Origin: Dehalococcoidia bacterium
GTDB lineage: Bacteria; Chloroflexota; Dehalococcoidia; Lucifugimonadales; UBA3495
Direction: 5' to 3'
Assembly: GCA_965197555.1 (NCBI GenBank)
Contig: OZ240213.1
Coordinates: forward strand, 2,603,671-2,667,670
Length of the DNA stretch: 64,000 bases
Positions within the stretch are counted from its first letter, which is position 1; each line of letters opens with the position of its first letter. The notes under the pieces are model-generated. The model saw only the letters and a program-made list of their open reading frames with translations, was not told the origin of the DNA and did no database searches. Of this stretch, positions 11,048-19,876 are shown in pieces. Position numbers and translations under genes: made by a program.

Positions 11048-12397
11048 ATGCCCGAATGTTTTCAGTTGACCACCGCAGAGGCTGCCCGCCTAATACGAAC
11101 GAAGGAGCTGTCCCCGGTGGACTTGGCCAGGTCCTTGCTGGAGCGCCTTGATAGCCTGGAGCCTCGGATAAACGCGTGGGTCTATCTGGACCGGGAGGCC
11201 GTGATTTCCGACGCTCGCCAAAAAGAGGCCGAAGTCCAATCCGGAGCAGAGCTGGGTCCGTTGCATGGTGTACCCATCGGGTTGAAGGATATCTATTACA
11301 CCGCTGGCATCCCCACCACCGCATGCTCCAAGGTATACGCCGACTTCGTTCCAAGCTACGACGCTACCACCGTGGCGCTGCTCAAAAGAGCCGGGGCTAT
11401 CATGATGGGGAAAACCGTGACGACGGAGTTCGCTTGCATGGACCCCTCGCCCACCCTTAATCCTTGGAACCCCGCTCATACCCCCGGTGGCTCCAGTAGC
11501 GGATCGGCGGTGGCGGTTGCTACTGAGATGTGCTCCGCAGCCCTGGGGTCCCAGACCGTTGGCTCTGTACTGCGGCCAGCCTCCTATAACGGGGTGGTGG
11601 GTCTAAAACCTACCTTCGGGCGGGTTAGCCGCTACGGGGTGATTCCGGTTTCCTGGTCCTTGGATACCATGGGGTGGATGACCCGAACCGTGGAGGATGC
11701 CGCCCTGTTGCTCCAGGTTATGGCGGGGCCTGACCCCCAGGACCCGGTGGCGGCGCGGCGGCCTGTCCCATCTTATATGGACGGCCTGGTGGACCCCTCC
11801 CCTCCACGTATCGGCCTATTGCGCCGCTTTTTCTTTGAACACGCCGACGAGGAAACCCGCAAGAATGTGGAGGACGTGGCGGAACGATTGAGCCAGGCTG
11901 GCGCGATTGTAGAGGAGATCCCCTTACCGGCCAGCATCGACAGCGCCAACGAGGACCAGCGTATGGTTATGGCAGTAGAGGGCGCCAGCTTTCATCAGCC
12001 GATGTACGAGCGGCAGGCGGAAGACTATCAACCATTGATCCGGGAGATGATCCGTTGGGGTCTGTCCGTCGACGCGGTGACCTATTCCCGGGCTCAAGAG
12101 AACCGCCGCCGGTTCCTCGACGACATGGAGCAGGTTTCACAACAGGTGGATATCCTGTTAACCCCTTCTACCCCCACACCTGCCCTGGCCGACGTGACCA
12201 ACACCGGCAACAGGCTTTTCCAGGGACCGTGGACGTCCTGCGGGCTGCCGGCTATAACCATCCCTTCGGGGCTGGCGGCCTCGGGGTTGCCCTTCGGGAT
12301 TCAATTGGCCTCGGCCCACTTTGAAGAGGCCAAGCTATTGGCGGCGGCCCGCTGGTGCGAGGCTGTCTTGGACCTGCATCTGTCGCCGCCGGTGTGA
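11048..12397 (+). CDS. amidase (amidase-signature family), paralogue of 14949-16313
   Basis: ATG at 11048 with RBS AAAGGAGGA. HGVPIGLKDIYY, GGSSSGSAVAVA, GSVLRPASYNG. Confidence 0.9.
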   Translation: MPECFQLTTAEAARLIRTKELSPVDLARSLLERLDSLEPRINAWVYLDREAVISDARQKEAEVQSGAELGPLHGVPIGLKDIYYTAGIPTTACSKVYADFVPSYDATTVALLKRAGAIMMGKTVTTEFACMDPSPTLNPWNPAHTPGGSSSGSAVAVATEMCSAALGSQTVGSVLRPASYNGVVGLKPTFGRVSRYGVIPVSWSLDTMGWMTRTVEDAALLLQVMAGPDPQDPVAARRPVPSYMDGLVDPSPPRIGLLRRFFFEHADEETRKNVEDVAERLSQAGAIVEEIPLPASIDSANEDQRMVMAVEGASFHQPMYERQAEDYQPLIREMIRWGLSVDAVTYSRAQENRRRFLDDMEQVSQQVDILLTPSTPTPALADVTNTGNRLFQGPWTSCGLPAITIPSGLAASGLPFGIQLASAHFEEAKLLAAARWCEAVLDLHLSPPV

Positions 12398-12471
12398 GGT
12401 CTCCACCGTCTCAGAGACCAGCAAAGACTGAACCTGGAAGCTCAACGCTAACAGAAACTAGGAGGTATCCA

Positions 12472-13422
12472 ATGGCGCAAGCGAACATACCAAGCGAAGA
12501 AGAGGTGCTGGGATACTTCAAGTCCTTTTCCAACTGGGGGCGCTGGGGCGCTGATGACCATCTGGGTGCTCCGAATCTCATTACCCCGGCCAAGACCAAG
12601 CGGGCCGTTGGACTGGTGGAGGATGGGCTAAGGATTTCTATGTCTCGGACTATCAGTTTCGAGCCCAGCCTCGACGCGCCGGCACCGCCAGTCCATTTCA
12701 TGGTGGAAAGCGGCGAAGGTTGGGCCAGTGGCGATAAAGTCAGCGCCCGCCCCATGGCCGCTGCCTCGGACTATTTCGGCATGATATTCCACGGCTACAC
12801 TGTTACCCACGTGGACAGTCTGGCCCACTTCTTCTGGGAAGGAAAGACCTACAATGGTTTTCCGGCCCACATGGTGTCCACCAGCATGGGCGCCACTTTC
12901 GGGTCGGTGGAAGAGGCCAAGACCGGCATGATAACCAGGGGCGTCTTGGTCGATGTCCCCATGATACGCAATATCGATTGGGTGGAGAGGGGCGAAGGAG
13001 TGATGCTCGACGATATCCTTGCCGCCGAAGAGCGATGCGGCTTCAAGGTGGAGGAAGGAGACTTGCTGCTGGTGCGCACCGGACAGTTGCACCGGCGCAA
13101 CGTGGAGGGACCAGTGGACCGCGAGGCTGGCTCCACAGCCTGCCAAGCCAGTTGCCTGCCACTGTTCTACGAGCGTGGTATCGCAATGCTGGGCTCGGAC
13201 ACAGGCAACGACATCAGCCCTCCCCAATATACCCGGGTGCCCAGTCCCATTCATCAAGTTTCAATAACGGCCATGGGAATTTGGATATTGGATAATGCCA
13301 ACCTGGAAGAAGTAGCCCAAGAATGCCGCCAGCGAAATCGTTGGGAATTCATGGTGTCCATAGGTCCCTTGCGTCTACACAACACTACCGGGTCACCGGT
13401 GAACCCCATCGCAGTCTTCTAG
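12472..13422 (+). CDS. cyclase family protein (kynurenine/aryl-formamidase-like fold)
   Basis: ATG at 12472 with RBS AGGAGG. NWGRWGADD N-terminus and a HGYTVTHVDSLAHFF metal-binding-like motif, typical of the putative cyclase family (PF04199, assigned from memory). Confidence 0.75.
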   Translation: MAQANIPSEEEVLGYFKSFSNWGRWGADDHLGAPNLITPAKTKRAVGLVEDGLRISMSRTISFEPSLDAPAPPVHFMVESGEGWASGDKVSARPMAAASDYFGMIFHGYTVTHVDSLAHFFWEGKTYNGFPAHMVSTSMGATFGSVEEAKTGMITRGVLVDVPMIRNIDWVERGEGVMLDDILAAEERCGFKVEEGDLLLVRTGQLHRRNVEGPVDREAGSTACQASCLPLFYERGIAMLGSDTGNDISPPQYTRVPSPIHQVSITAMGIWILDNANLEEVAQECRQRNRWEFMVSIGPLRLHNTTGSPVNPIAVF

Positions 13423-13428
13423 GATGCA

Positions 13429-14349
13429 GTGAACATCTTGACACAATTAAACAAAAGCATTCCTATGCATTTGGGAGACTTGACTGGATTTTGGCGTCGT
13501 ACTCTCGATGAGCTTGCTCAGACGCCGGTCAATGCGACCCTGGAAGAGGCGCCCGAGCAGAGTGGCCGGGAATTTATTACCTACAAAGTGACGCTGGAGA
13601 GTTTCCACCACCACCGACTACGGGCCTGGTATTCAGTGCCGAAGGATGCGCCTCGTGGTGGCAAGTTCCCTGCGGTGTTGGCGGTGCCGGGTTACGGTGG
13701 CGATAAACCAATCCCATTCCATCTGGTCATGACCGGCTTCGCTGTCTTGACCCTGTTTCCCCGAGGCCAAGGCGAAAGCGCTGAGGAATGGAAGCTGGAG
13801 TCGGGGACTAAGCTGACTTACAACGTTATGGATAAAGAGAAATACTATTACCGGGGCGCCTACATGGACTGTGTGCGCGGCCTGGACCTTCTTGCCTCAC
13901 GGGAAGAGGTGGATGAAGCCCGCCTGGGAATGTGGAGCCGTAGCCAGGGCGGTGGCCTTACTCTGGCTACAGCGGCTCTGGACTCTCGGCTTCGAGCGGC
14001 CGTTGCCGAAGAGCCGTTCTTGTGCAACTTCCCAGTGGCTATCGACTTGACATCCCGACCGTATCTTGAGCTTCATGAGTATGCCGACCAGCACCCGGAC
14101 CAGAAAGATTCCATTCTGGACAACCTGGCCTACTTTGATTCATTGAGTCTGGCGGAGCTCATTCAATGCCCCACGCTGGTCAACATCGGCATGAAGGATG
14201 AAGTTTGCCCCTATTCTACGGTTATGCCGATGTTCGATAAGATTCCTGGTGCCAAGGCCATCCACGTATACCCCGACCTGGACCACAACCCGTGTAGCGA
14301 CTTCAACGCCCACGCATTGAGCTGGCTGCGACGTTATCTGGGAGCATGA
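13429..14349 (+). CDS. acetyl xylan esterase / cephalosporin-C deacetylase-like alpha/beta hydrolase (AXE1)
   Basis: 306 aa. VPGYGG, FPRGQGES, nucleophile elbow WSRSQGGGL, C-terminal DLDHN (His). GTG start, uncertain. Confidence 0.8.
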   Translation: MNILTQLNKSIPMHLGDLTGFWRRTLDELAQTPVNATLEEAPEQSGREFITYKVTLESFHHHRLRAWYSVPKDAPRGGKFPAVLAVPGYGGDKPIPFHLVMTGFAVLTLFPRGQGESAEEWKLESGTKLTYNVMDKEKYYYRGAYMDCVRGLDLLASREEVDEARLGMWSRSQGGGLTLATAALDSRLRAAVAEEPFLCNFPVAIDLTSRPYLELHEYADQHPDQKDSILDNLAYFDSLSLAELIQCPTLVNIGMKDEVCPYSTVMPMFDKIPGAKAIHVYPDLDHNPCSDFNAHALSWLRRYLGA

Positions 14350-14384
14350 GCCGGATACTCTATCCTCGCCATCGGCGGGGGTAG

Positions 14385-14899
14385 CTACCGAGCGATTCCG
14401 GCCAGGCCCTTGATGAGCCGCCCAGGAGCACCGGCCGAGGGTTGCTGGCCTCTGAGATGGGCTCTCACCTGCATCGTCAAAGTGGAATAAGTCGGTTAGA
14501 CGTGGATGGAGTTGGCCAGGCCCCGTACCTTCATGCCTTGGTCCATGGCCAGGCTCAACTCATGGAGTATCTCACCGGCTGCGCTGCCACAACTGTGGCG
14601 CCGGGGATGCTTCCATCCTGTCTTTGAACCACTTTGACGAATCCCGGCCCGTCGCTTTCGGTTGCTGCTCGGGCCACTCGGTCCGTATCCCATCGGCAGA
14701 CTATCGCTTTGGCCTCCAGCCTCTCCTTGGCTTGGTCTTTTGAGAGGCCCACGCGGGCAACCTTCGGATCGGTGAAAGTGGCCCGGAGGACCCGGTCTAA
14801 TACCTCTTTAACGCCACAGGGCAAGAAGGCATTGGGCGCCATGAATCCTTGCCAGGCTGTGTCGTGGGTAAACTGAAAGCCGCTAAGGCGCAAGTCCAC
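14385..14899 (-). pseudogene. remnant of a pyridine nucleotide-disulfide oxidoreductase (C-terminal dimerisation domain only)
   Basis: Frame 1 reads ...ATFTDPKVARVGLSKDQAKE...GPGFVKVVQRQDGSIPGATVVA. It then needs a frameshift to continue AAGEILHELSLAMDQGMKVRGLANSIHV, followed by an in-frame TAA where the family has Tyr/His (IHV*PTYSTL). The whole FAD/NAD N-terminal portion is missing. Confidence 0.7.
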
Positions 14900-14948
14900 A
14901 ACTTCCCGCCGGAGCTGCTTCGCAGGTAGGGCGGGTGACGATGCGCAC

Positions 14949-16313
14949 TTAGCTGTAGTCGGGCGGTGAAAGGCTGACCCCTAGGGCTGTCTCGCACCAT
15001 CTAGCTATCGCCAGTAGATTCGCCTCCTCCAATGGAAGAGCTCCCAACTGGATAGCCAAGGGAAGGCCGGCCTCGCTAAGGCCGGACGGCAATACAATGG
15101 TGGGAAGACCACTGGAAGTCCAGGGTTGTTGGAATGCTGGGTCCCCAGTGGTGGTCCGGTCCCGGGGCGGTGGGGCTGGTGTCGCTGGAGTCAGCACCAC
15201 GTCCACTCCCTTGACCATGTCAACCATATCCTGGCGGAATTGGCGGCGCAAACGCTGGGCCTGCAGATAGCGGATACCGGGGATCATCATTCCCATTTCA
15301 ATGGTGGCCCGGAGCCGGGGACCGTAGTCGTCGGCCCGGTCCCGAAAGAACTCCTCGTGGAAGGCAGCGGTCTCGACGTTGCTCACGATGCGCTGGCAAC
15401 TATGGGCGGTAGCAAAGCTCTCCGGAAGGCGGACTTCCTCGACGGTGGCCCCAGCCTGGGCCAAACGCTGAGCAATTGCTTCTGTGTGGCTCTGGACCTC
15501 CGGCGTAGCCTGATCAAAAAAGAACTCTCTAATTAATCCGATGCGCGGTGGCTTGTCCCTGGACTTCATTTCCTCTAGGTAGTCAGGGGGAGGCGGAATG
15601 GCGGAGCCGGGGTCGTTAATATCATGGCCAGCCATTACCTGAAGCATTATGGCGGCGTCCTCGACGCTGCGCACTAGGATGCCGACGGTGTCCAGGGACC
15701 AGCTAACAGGTACTACACCATAGCGGCTGATTCTACCGTAGGTGGGTTTGAGGCCGACGATTCCGTTGTAAGCCGCCGGCCGGCATGTGGAGCCACCGGT
15801 CTGGGAACCCAGGGCGGCGGCGCACATGCGCGTGGATACCGCGACCGATGATCCACTGCTAGACCCACCGGGAGTGTGGGCCAAATCCCACGGGTTGTAA
15901 GTTGGCGAGGGATCAGCGGTGGCGAATTCGGTCGTGACGGCTTTACCCAGAATAATGCCGCCGGCCTCTTTGATCCGGGCCACACAGGTCCCGTCGTAGT
16001 TGGGCACAAAATCGGCGTAGATGCGTGAGCATGCGGTGGTCTTCATGCCGGCGGTGTAGAAAATGTCCTTTAGGCCCACGGGTACACCGTGGATCGGTCC
16101 CCTTACTTCGCCCCGCGCTAACTCTTCCTCGCGCTGTCGGGCTGTGTTGAGCACCTCTTCCCGGTCGATGGTCACCCAGGCTTGCAGGGTGGGGTCCAGT
16201 GAATCGATCCGGTCGAGCAGTGACTGGGCCAGATCAACCGGGGATAGCTGGCCGCGCTTGATCTGATCAGCGGATTCGGAAACGGACAGGTGATACGGTT
16301 CAGACATATTCAC
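14949..16313 (-). CDS. amidase (amidase-signature family), paralogue of 11048-12397
   Basis: 454 aa. HGVPVGLKDIFY, GGSSSGSSVAVS, GSTCRPAAYNG. By eye about two thirds of residues are identical to the 11048-12397 product over the N-terminal 200 aa. Confidence 0.9.
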   Translation of the reverse strand: MNMSEPYHLSVSESADQIKRGQLSPVDLAQSLLDRIDSLDPTLQAWVTIDREEVLNTARQREEELARGEVRGPIHGVPVGLKDIFYTAGMKTTACSRIYADFVPNYDGTCVARIKEAGGIILGKAVTTEFATADPSPTYNPWDLAHTPGGSSSGSSVAVSTRMCAAALGSQTGGSTCRPAAYNGIVGLKPTYGRISRYGVVPVSWSLDTVGILVRSVEDAAIMLQVMAGHDINDPGSAIPPPPDYLEEMKSRDKPPRIGLIREFFFDQATPEVQSHTEAIAQRLAQAGATVEEVRLPESFATAHSCQRIVSNVETAAFHEEFFRDRADDYGPRLRATIEMGMMIPGIRYLQAQRLRRQFRQDMVDMVKGVDVVLTPATPAPPPRDRTTTGDPAFQQPWTSSGLPTIVLPSGLSEAGLPLAIQLGALPLEEANLLAIARWCETALGVSLSPPDYS

Positions 16314-16383
16314 CTCTCGATTCTAAATAGGTGTATTGGCCACTCGGCCTCGGCACCCTCGTCCCTGGGCCCTGTGGCCGTGA

Positions 16384-16563
16384 TCACTGGTAGAAGCCTG
16401 GCTCTAGATGCCTATCGGGCACGCTACGCGCAACTTCAACTAAATGGCGGGCCGTTTGGTCTATGGATGATTCGATCTCGGCAGCCCTGTCGCTGCCCCA
16501 AAGACCCTCGGCCAACTCAGCCAGCCTCTGCCGGACTTCCTCCAGCGAATCATGAGGTCCCAT
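16384..16563 (-). CDS. small hypothetical protein, possible AtzG/GatC-like amidase partner
   Basis: 59 aa from ATG 16563 (MGPHDSLEEVRQRLAELAEGLWGSDRAAEIESSIDQTARHLVEVARSVPDRHLEPGFYQ). It ends 70 nt upstream of the amidase on the same strand. The helical C-terminal ...VP....LEPGFY resembles my memory of DUF4089/AtzG tails. Weak evidence. Confidence 0.4.
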   Translation of the reverse strand: MGPHDSLEEVRQRLAELAEGLWGSDRAAEIESSIDQTARHLVEVARSVPDRHLEPGFYQ

Positions 16564-16677
16564 ATCGTTCCTGATCTCTCCCCTCTGTCTTGGCCGGGCC
16601 GGCCTCTTCCTGCGAGGACTGGGTGATTGTAGTGCACCCAACATTCCGGGTCAATCTGAGAGAGGTAGACCGTCCCA

Positions 16678-16706
16678 TGCACACAAGACCGGTATCCTGC
16701 TATAAT
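16678..16706 (+). promoter_or_regulatory. putative sigma-70 promoter for the SMP-30-like gene
   Basis: TGCACA, 17-nt spacer, TATAAT (16701-16706), 32 nt upstream of the ATG at 16738. Confidence 0.35.
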
Positions 16707-16737
16707 CCCGCCAGCCAGCATTCCACGGAGGTCCGCC

Positions 16738-17637
16738 ATGCCTGAAGACCTCAGCGATATCCTTGAGTCCCCGGAGCACACTCTCTTGGCGTTCAACCTA
16801 GGCAATACCGAGGGACCCTTGTGGCACCCAGGCGGGTTCTTGACCTTCGTAGACTTGGTTGGTAGCCGGCTCCTTCGGTGGGAGCCGGGTGGCAACGTGT
16901 CGGTAGTGCGGGAGAACACTGGAGAGGGCAACGGTTGTACCTTGGACCGTCAGGGACGCTTGATTATGTGCGAAGGGGCGGACCATCGCAGGATCACCCG
17001 AATGGGGCCCGATGGGAGCGTTACTACCATCGCCGAGAGTTGGCAAGGCAAGCTGTTCAACAGACCCAACGATGTGGTATGCCGGTCCGACGGAAGCATT
17101 TATTTTACTGACCCGGAGCTTCGGGTGCCCCGGGAGGAGCGAGAGATCGGATTTGCTGGCATATTCCGCATTGACCCGGGCGGAGGCTTGCAGCTAGCTA
17201 CCGACGAGTGCGAATACCCCAACGGATTGGCCTTTTCTCCTGATGAGTCCGTACTATACGTTGCCATCAGTCGTACGAGTGAAGCATGCTTCCTGGAAGA
17301 TGAACGGGGAGAGTTCTGCGCCCACCGCCGCATACGGGCCTTCAATGTAGCCTCGGATGGAACCCTGAGCAACAATCGGGTCTTCGCCGACATGTCGTCG
17401 GCAGCGCCTGGCGTCCCCGACGGGATGAAGGTGGATACAGAGGGCCGGATATTCTGCACCGGCTCGGGCGGGATATGGGTGTTCGCGCCCAACGGCGACA
17501 AAGTGGGCGAGATTCACGGGCCGGAGGTACCCCGGAACTTGGCCTTCGGTGGCCCGGACAACCGCACTGTCTTCACCACTCCGGGACAGTCACTATACAG
17601 TTTCCGGGTGAAGGCCCCCGGTATCGGTGCCTTCTGA
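16738..17637 (+). CDS. SMP-30/gluconolactonase/LRE family protein
   Basis: 299 aa. NRPNDVVCRSDGSIYFTDP, YPNGLAFSPDESVLYVA, PDGMKVDTEGRIF, RNLAFGGPDNRTVFTT. These are characteristic six-blade lactonase motifs. Confidence 0.85.
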   Translation: MPEDLSDILESPEHTLLAFNLGNTEGPLWHPGGFLTFVDLVGSRLLRWEPGGNVSVVRENTGEGNGCTLDRQGRLIMCEGADHRRITRMGPDGSVTTIAESWQGKLFNRPNDVVCRSDGSIYFTDPELRVPREEREIGFAGIFRIDPGGGLQLATDECEYPNGLAFSPDESVLYVAISRTSEACFLEDERGEFCAHRRIRAFNVASDGTLSNNRVFADMSSAAPGVPDGMKVDTEGRIFCTGSGGIWVFAPNGDKVGEIHGPEVPRNLAFGGPDNRTVFTTPGQSLYSFRVKAPGIGAF

Positions 17638-17773
17638 TGAATAGGAGCCCATAGAGCGGGAACTCAAGCCTGCCGAGCGATGCCGTTGAAACTCATCGGG
17701 CATTAGGAGCAATCAACGAATTAGCAGACTATTCCGCTAGAGATGCCAAGAACAGGAAGGAGAAGGCAAACTT

Positions 17774-18691
17774 ATGACCACCACCATGACAGTTGGCAGC
17801 GGCCAATACACTTACGAGATGGACGTGAATTGGGCCAAGGTACCCCAAGGCTGGAACATGCCCGCCGCTGCCGTGTATGGGGACTCCCAGGACCGGGTTT
17901 ACTGCTTCAACCGCGACCCGGACCACCCGGTGATGATTTTCGACCGGGAGGGCAACTTCTTGTCCTCTTGGGGCGCCGGGCTATTTCTGTTCCCCCACGC
18001 CATCATCCTGGACAAGGAAGACAACGTCTGGCTGGTGGAGCGAAATGACGGTCAGATCATGAAGTTCACCTCAGACGGTAAGCTTCTGATGACCATTGGC
18101 TTGAAGGGCTTCCGGTCCAACACCGGCGCTGATAACACGGACTTTAGTTCCAACGGCTGGATGCAGGTTACCCATGGCGGTGACCCCTTCAACCTGCCAG
18201 CAGGCATTGCCATCAACGATGAAGGAGACATTTTCATCGCCGACGGCTACGCCAACGCCCGGGTGCACCGTTTCGAGCCCAACGGGAGGTACGTCACCTC
18301 TTGGGGCGGCCCCGGCGACGGCCCGGGCCATTTCAACCTGCCCCACGGGGCTTGGATCGACCGCAGAGGGCGGTTGTTAATCGCCGACCGGGAGAATGAC
18401 CGGGTCCAAGTATTCAGCCAAGACGGCGAGTACATCTCCACTTGGCCCTCCAAGTTAATCGGCCCGGCGGTGATGTACATCGACCAGGATGACATGGCGT
18501 ACGTGGCCGAGCACAACGGGGGCTTGGTGAGCGTGCTGACCAGCGACGGCGAGATGCTGGCCCAGTGGGGTTCCATGACCCACCGCTCCTGCCACGGCAT
18601 TTGGGCCGACTCCCACAAGGACCTGTACGTGGTCGAGCCCTACGAGGGCAGCCAAGGCCGCACCGTGGTGAAGTTCACCCGCAAAGGATAG
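17774..18691 (+). CDS. NHL-repeat beta-propeller protein (peptidyl-alpha-hydroxyglycine lyase-like)
   Basis: 305 aa. Repeated NHL units such as FNLPAGIAINDEGDIFIADGYANARVHRF and FNLPHGAWIDRRGRLLIADRENDRVQVFSQDG. Confidence 0.8.
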   Translation: MTTTMTVGSGQYTYEMDVNWAKVPQGWNMPAAAVYGDSQDRVYCFNRDPDHPVMIFDREGNFLSSWGAGLFLFPHAIILDKEDNVWLVERNDGQIMKFTSDGKLLMTIGLKGFRSNTGADNTDFSSNGWMQVTHGGDPFNLPAGIAINDEGDIFIADGYANARVHRFEPNGRYVTSWGGPGDGPGHFNLPHGAWIDRRGRLLIADRENDRVQVFSQDGEYISTWPSKLIGPAVMYIDQDDMAYVAEHNGGLVSVLTSDGEMLAQWGSMTHRSCHGIWADSHKDLYVVEPYEGSQGRTVVKFTRKG

Positions 18692-18721
18692 GCCCTCCGG
18701 CAGACCCGCCACGGTCAGCGG

Positions 18722-18750
18722 TTGCGGGCGGAAATGCCATTTGCTATATT
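18722..18750 (+). promoter_or_regulatory. putative promoter for tRNA-Ala
   Basis: TTGCGG, 17-nt spacer, TATATT (18745-18750), about 30 nt upstream of the tRNA 5-prime end. Confidence 0.35.
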
Positions 18751-18781
18751 GGATCAGCGGGCCCGCCCGGGCCCACCTTCT

Positions 18782-18857
18782 GGGGCTGTAGCTCAACCGG
18801 GAGAGCGCTTCAATGGCATTGAAGAGGTAGGGGGTTCGAGTCCCCCCAGCTCCACCA
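18782..18857 (+). tRNA. tRNA-Ala (anticodon GGC), CCA encoded
   Basis: Hand-folded cloverleaf. Acceptor GGGGCTG/CAGCTCC with the G3:U70 alanine identity pair. D arm GCTC-AACCGGGA-GAGC. Anticodon arm CTTCA-ATGGCAT-TGAAG. T arm GGGGG-TTCGAGT-CCCCC. 3-prime ACCA. Confidence 0.95.
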
Positions 18858-18999
18858 AGCTTGACGAAATCAAGAGCCTTTGCCCTGAGGTTCCGGCTGG
18901 TGATGTAGCCAGGGGATCAATCTCGCGCTATCTGGTGATGGCCAATCCCTAGCGCAGGTGTATCCGGTGTTCTAGATACGGATAGCGCCGTGGTCGGGG

Positions 19000-19825
19000 T
19001 TACTCATCACCAAAATCCTCGTCTAACAATGGCACGCCAGCTAGACGTAGCGCGGTGAAGACTCGATCAAAACGTTCGGGCTCACGAGTCGGATCGCTGG
19101 GATCACCCTTGGGGACCCAGATAACTAGACCGTTGCGTGCTCGTGTTAACAACACACGATACCTGTTACGCGTGTAAACACGTTCGACCTCTTGCCTCAC
19201 TTCCTGCCATCCGGCCCCGCGGAATTTCCGATAATCCCAAGTGGTGTGGTCTTTGGATGGTGTCAGGTCACCACCCCAGCACATCCCTACCCAGTCGAGC
19301 TCAAGCCCTTGACATTCAAATTCGGAAGCCGCGACTTCCAGAGAGAAGCTTGAACGGACGTCTGTGTCCGATTCTAAGAACCATTTCTCGAAGGCGTAAT
19401 TGATGAGGAATGCGCTGGATCGTTCGATGCCATCAGCCCGTAGCCTATGGTCTTTCGAAGTTGCGATCAAGCCAATCCTAATCCTCCGGGTCGAGACAGT
19501 GATGCATTTGCAGCCAGCCCCGCGCATTCTTTATGTCTCGAGTAACAAAACAGGGGAACTCACTCGTGTCCGGGAAAAGTGCCCGTGCGGTGCCAAAACG
19601 GAACGAAAGAAACTCATTTACCCATTCAGCCCATCGCTGAGCTCGGTGATTCCTAACCACAACATCCAGATGTGCTAGGCGGTCTTCTTGATAAAAGACG
19701 TTGTCTGGGACAACACCTTCGAATAGTTTGTGCCCGGCGACGCTATCCCCACCGATGAACACTTCCGGAGATGCGACCACTCGCCAGGGAACTGGTCGGT
19801 TCTCTGAGCTAATATTCAATAAAAT
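19000..19825 (-). pseudogene. DUF2075 (Schlafen-like ATPase) gene remnant, 5-prime truncated and frameshifted
   Basis: The C-terminal frame reads ...ASEFECQGLELDWVGMCWGGDL...NRYRVLLTRARNGLVIWVPKGDPSDPTREPERFD, the typical DUF2075 end. The upstream part (...VFIGGDSVAGHKLF...RNHRAQRWAEWVNEFL...) is in a different frame that joins near 19500. The P-loop N-terminal half is absent and the remnant abuts the IS630 left end. Confidence 0.7.
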
Positions 19826-19876
19826 GGACAATTTGGCTATCCTGCCTGGTGGGAAGTGTTGTTGGCGGGGGTGGCA

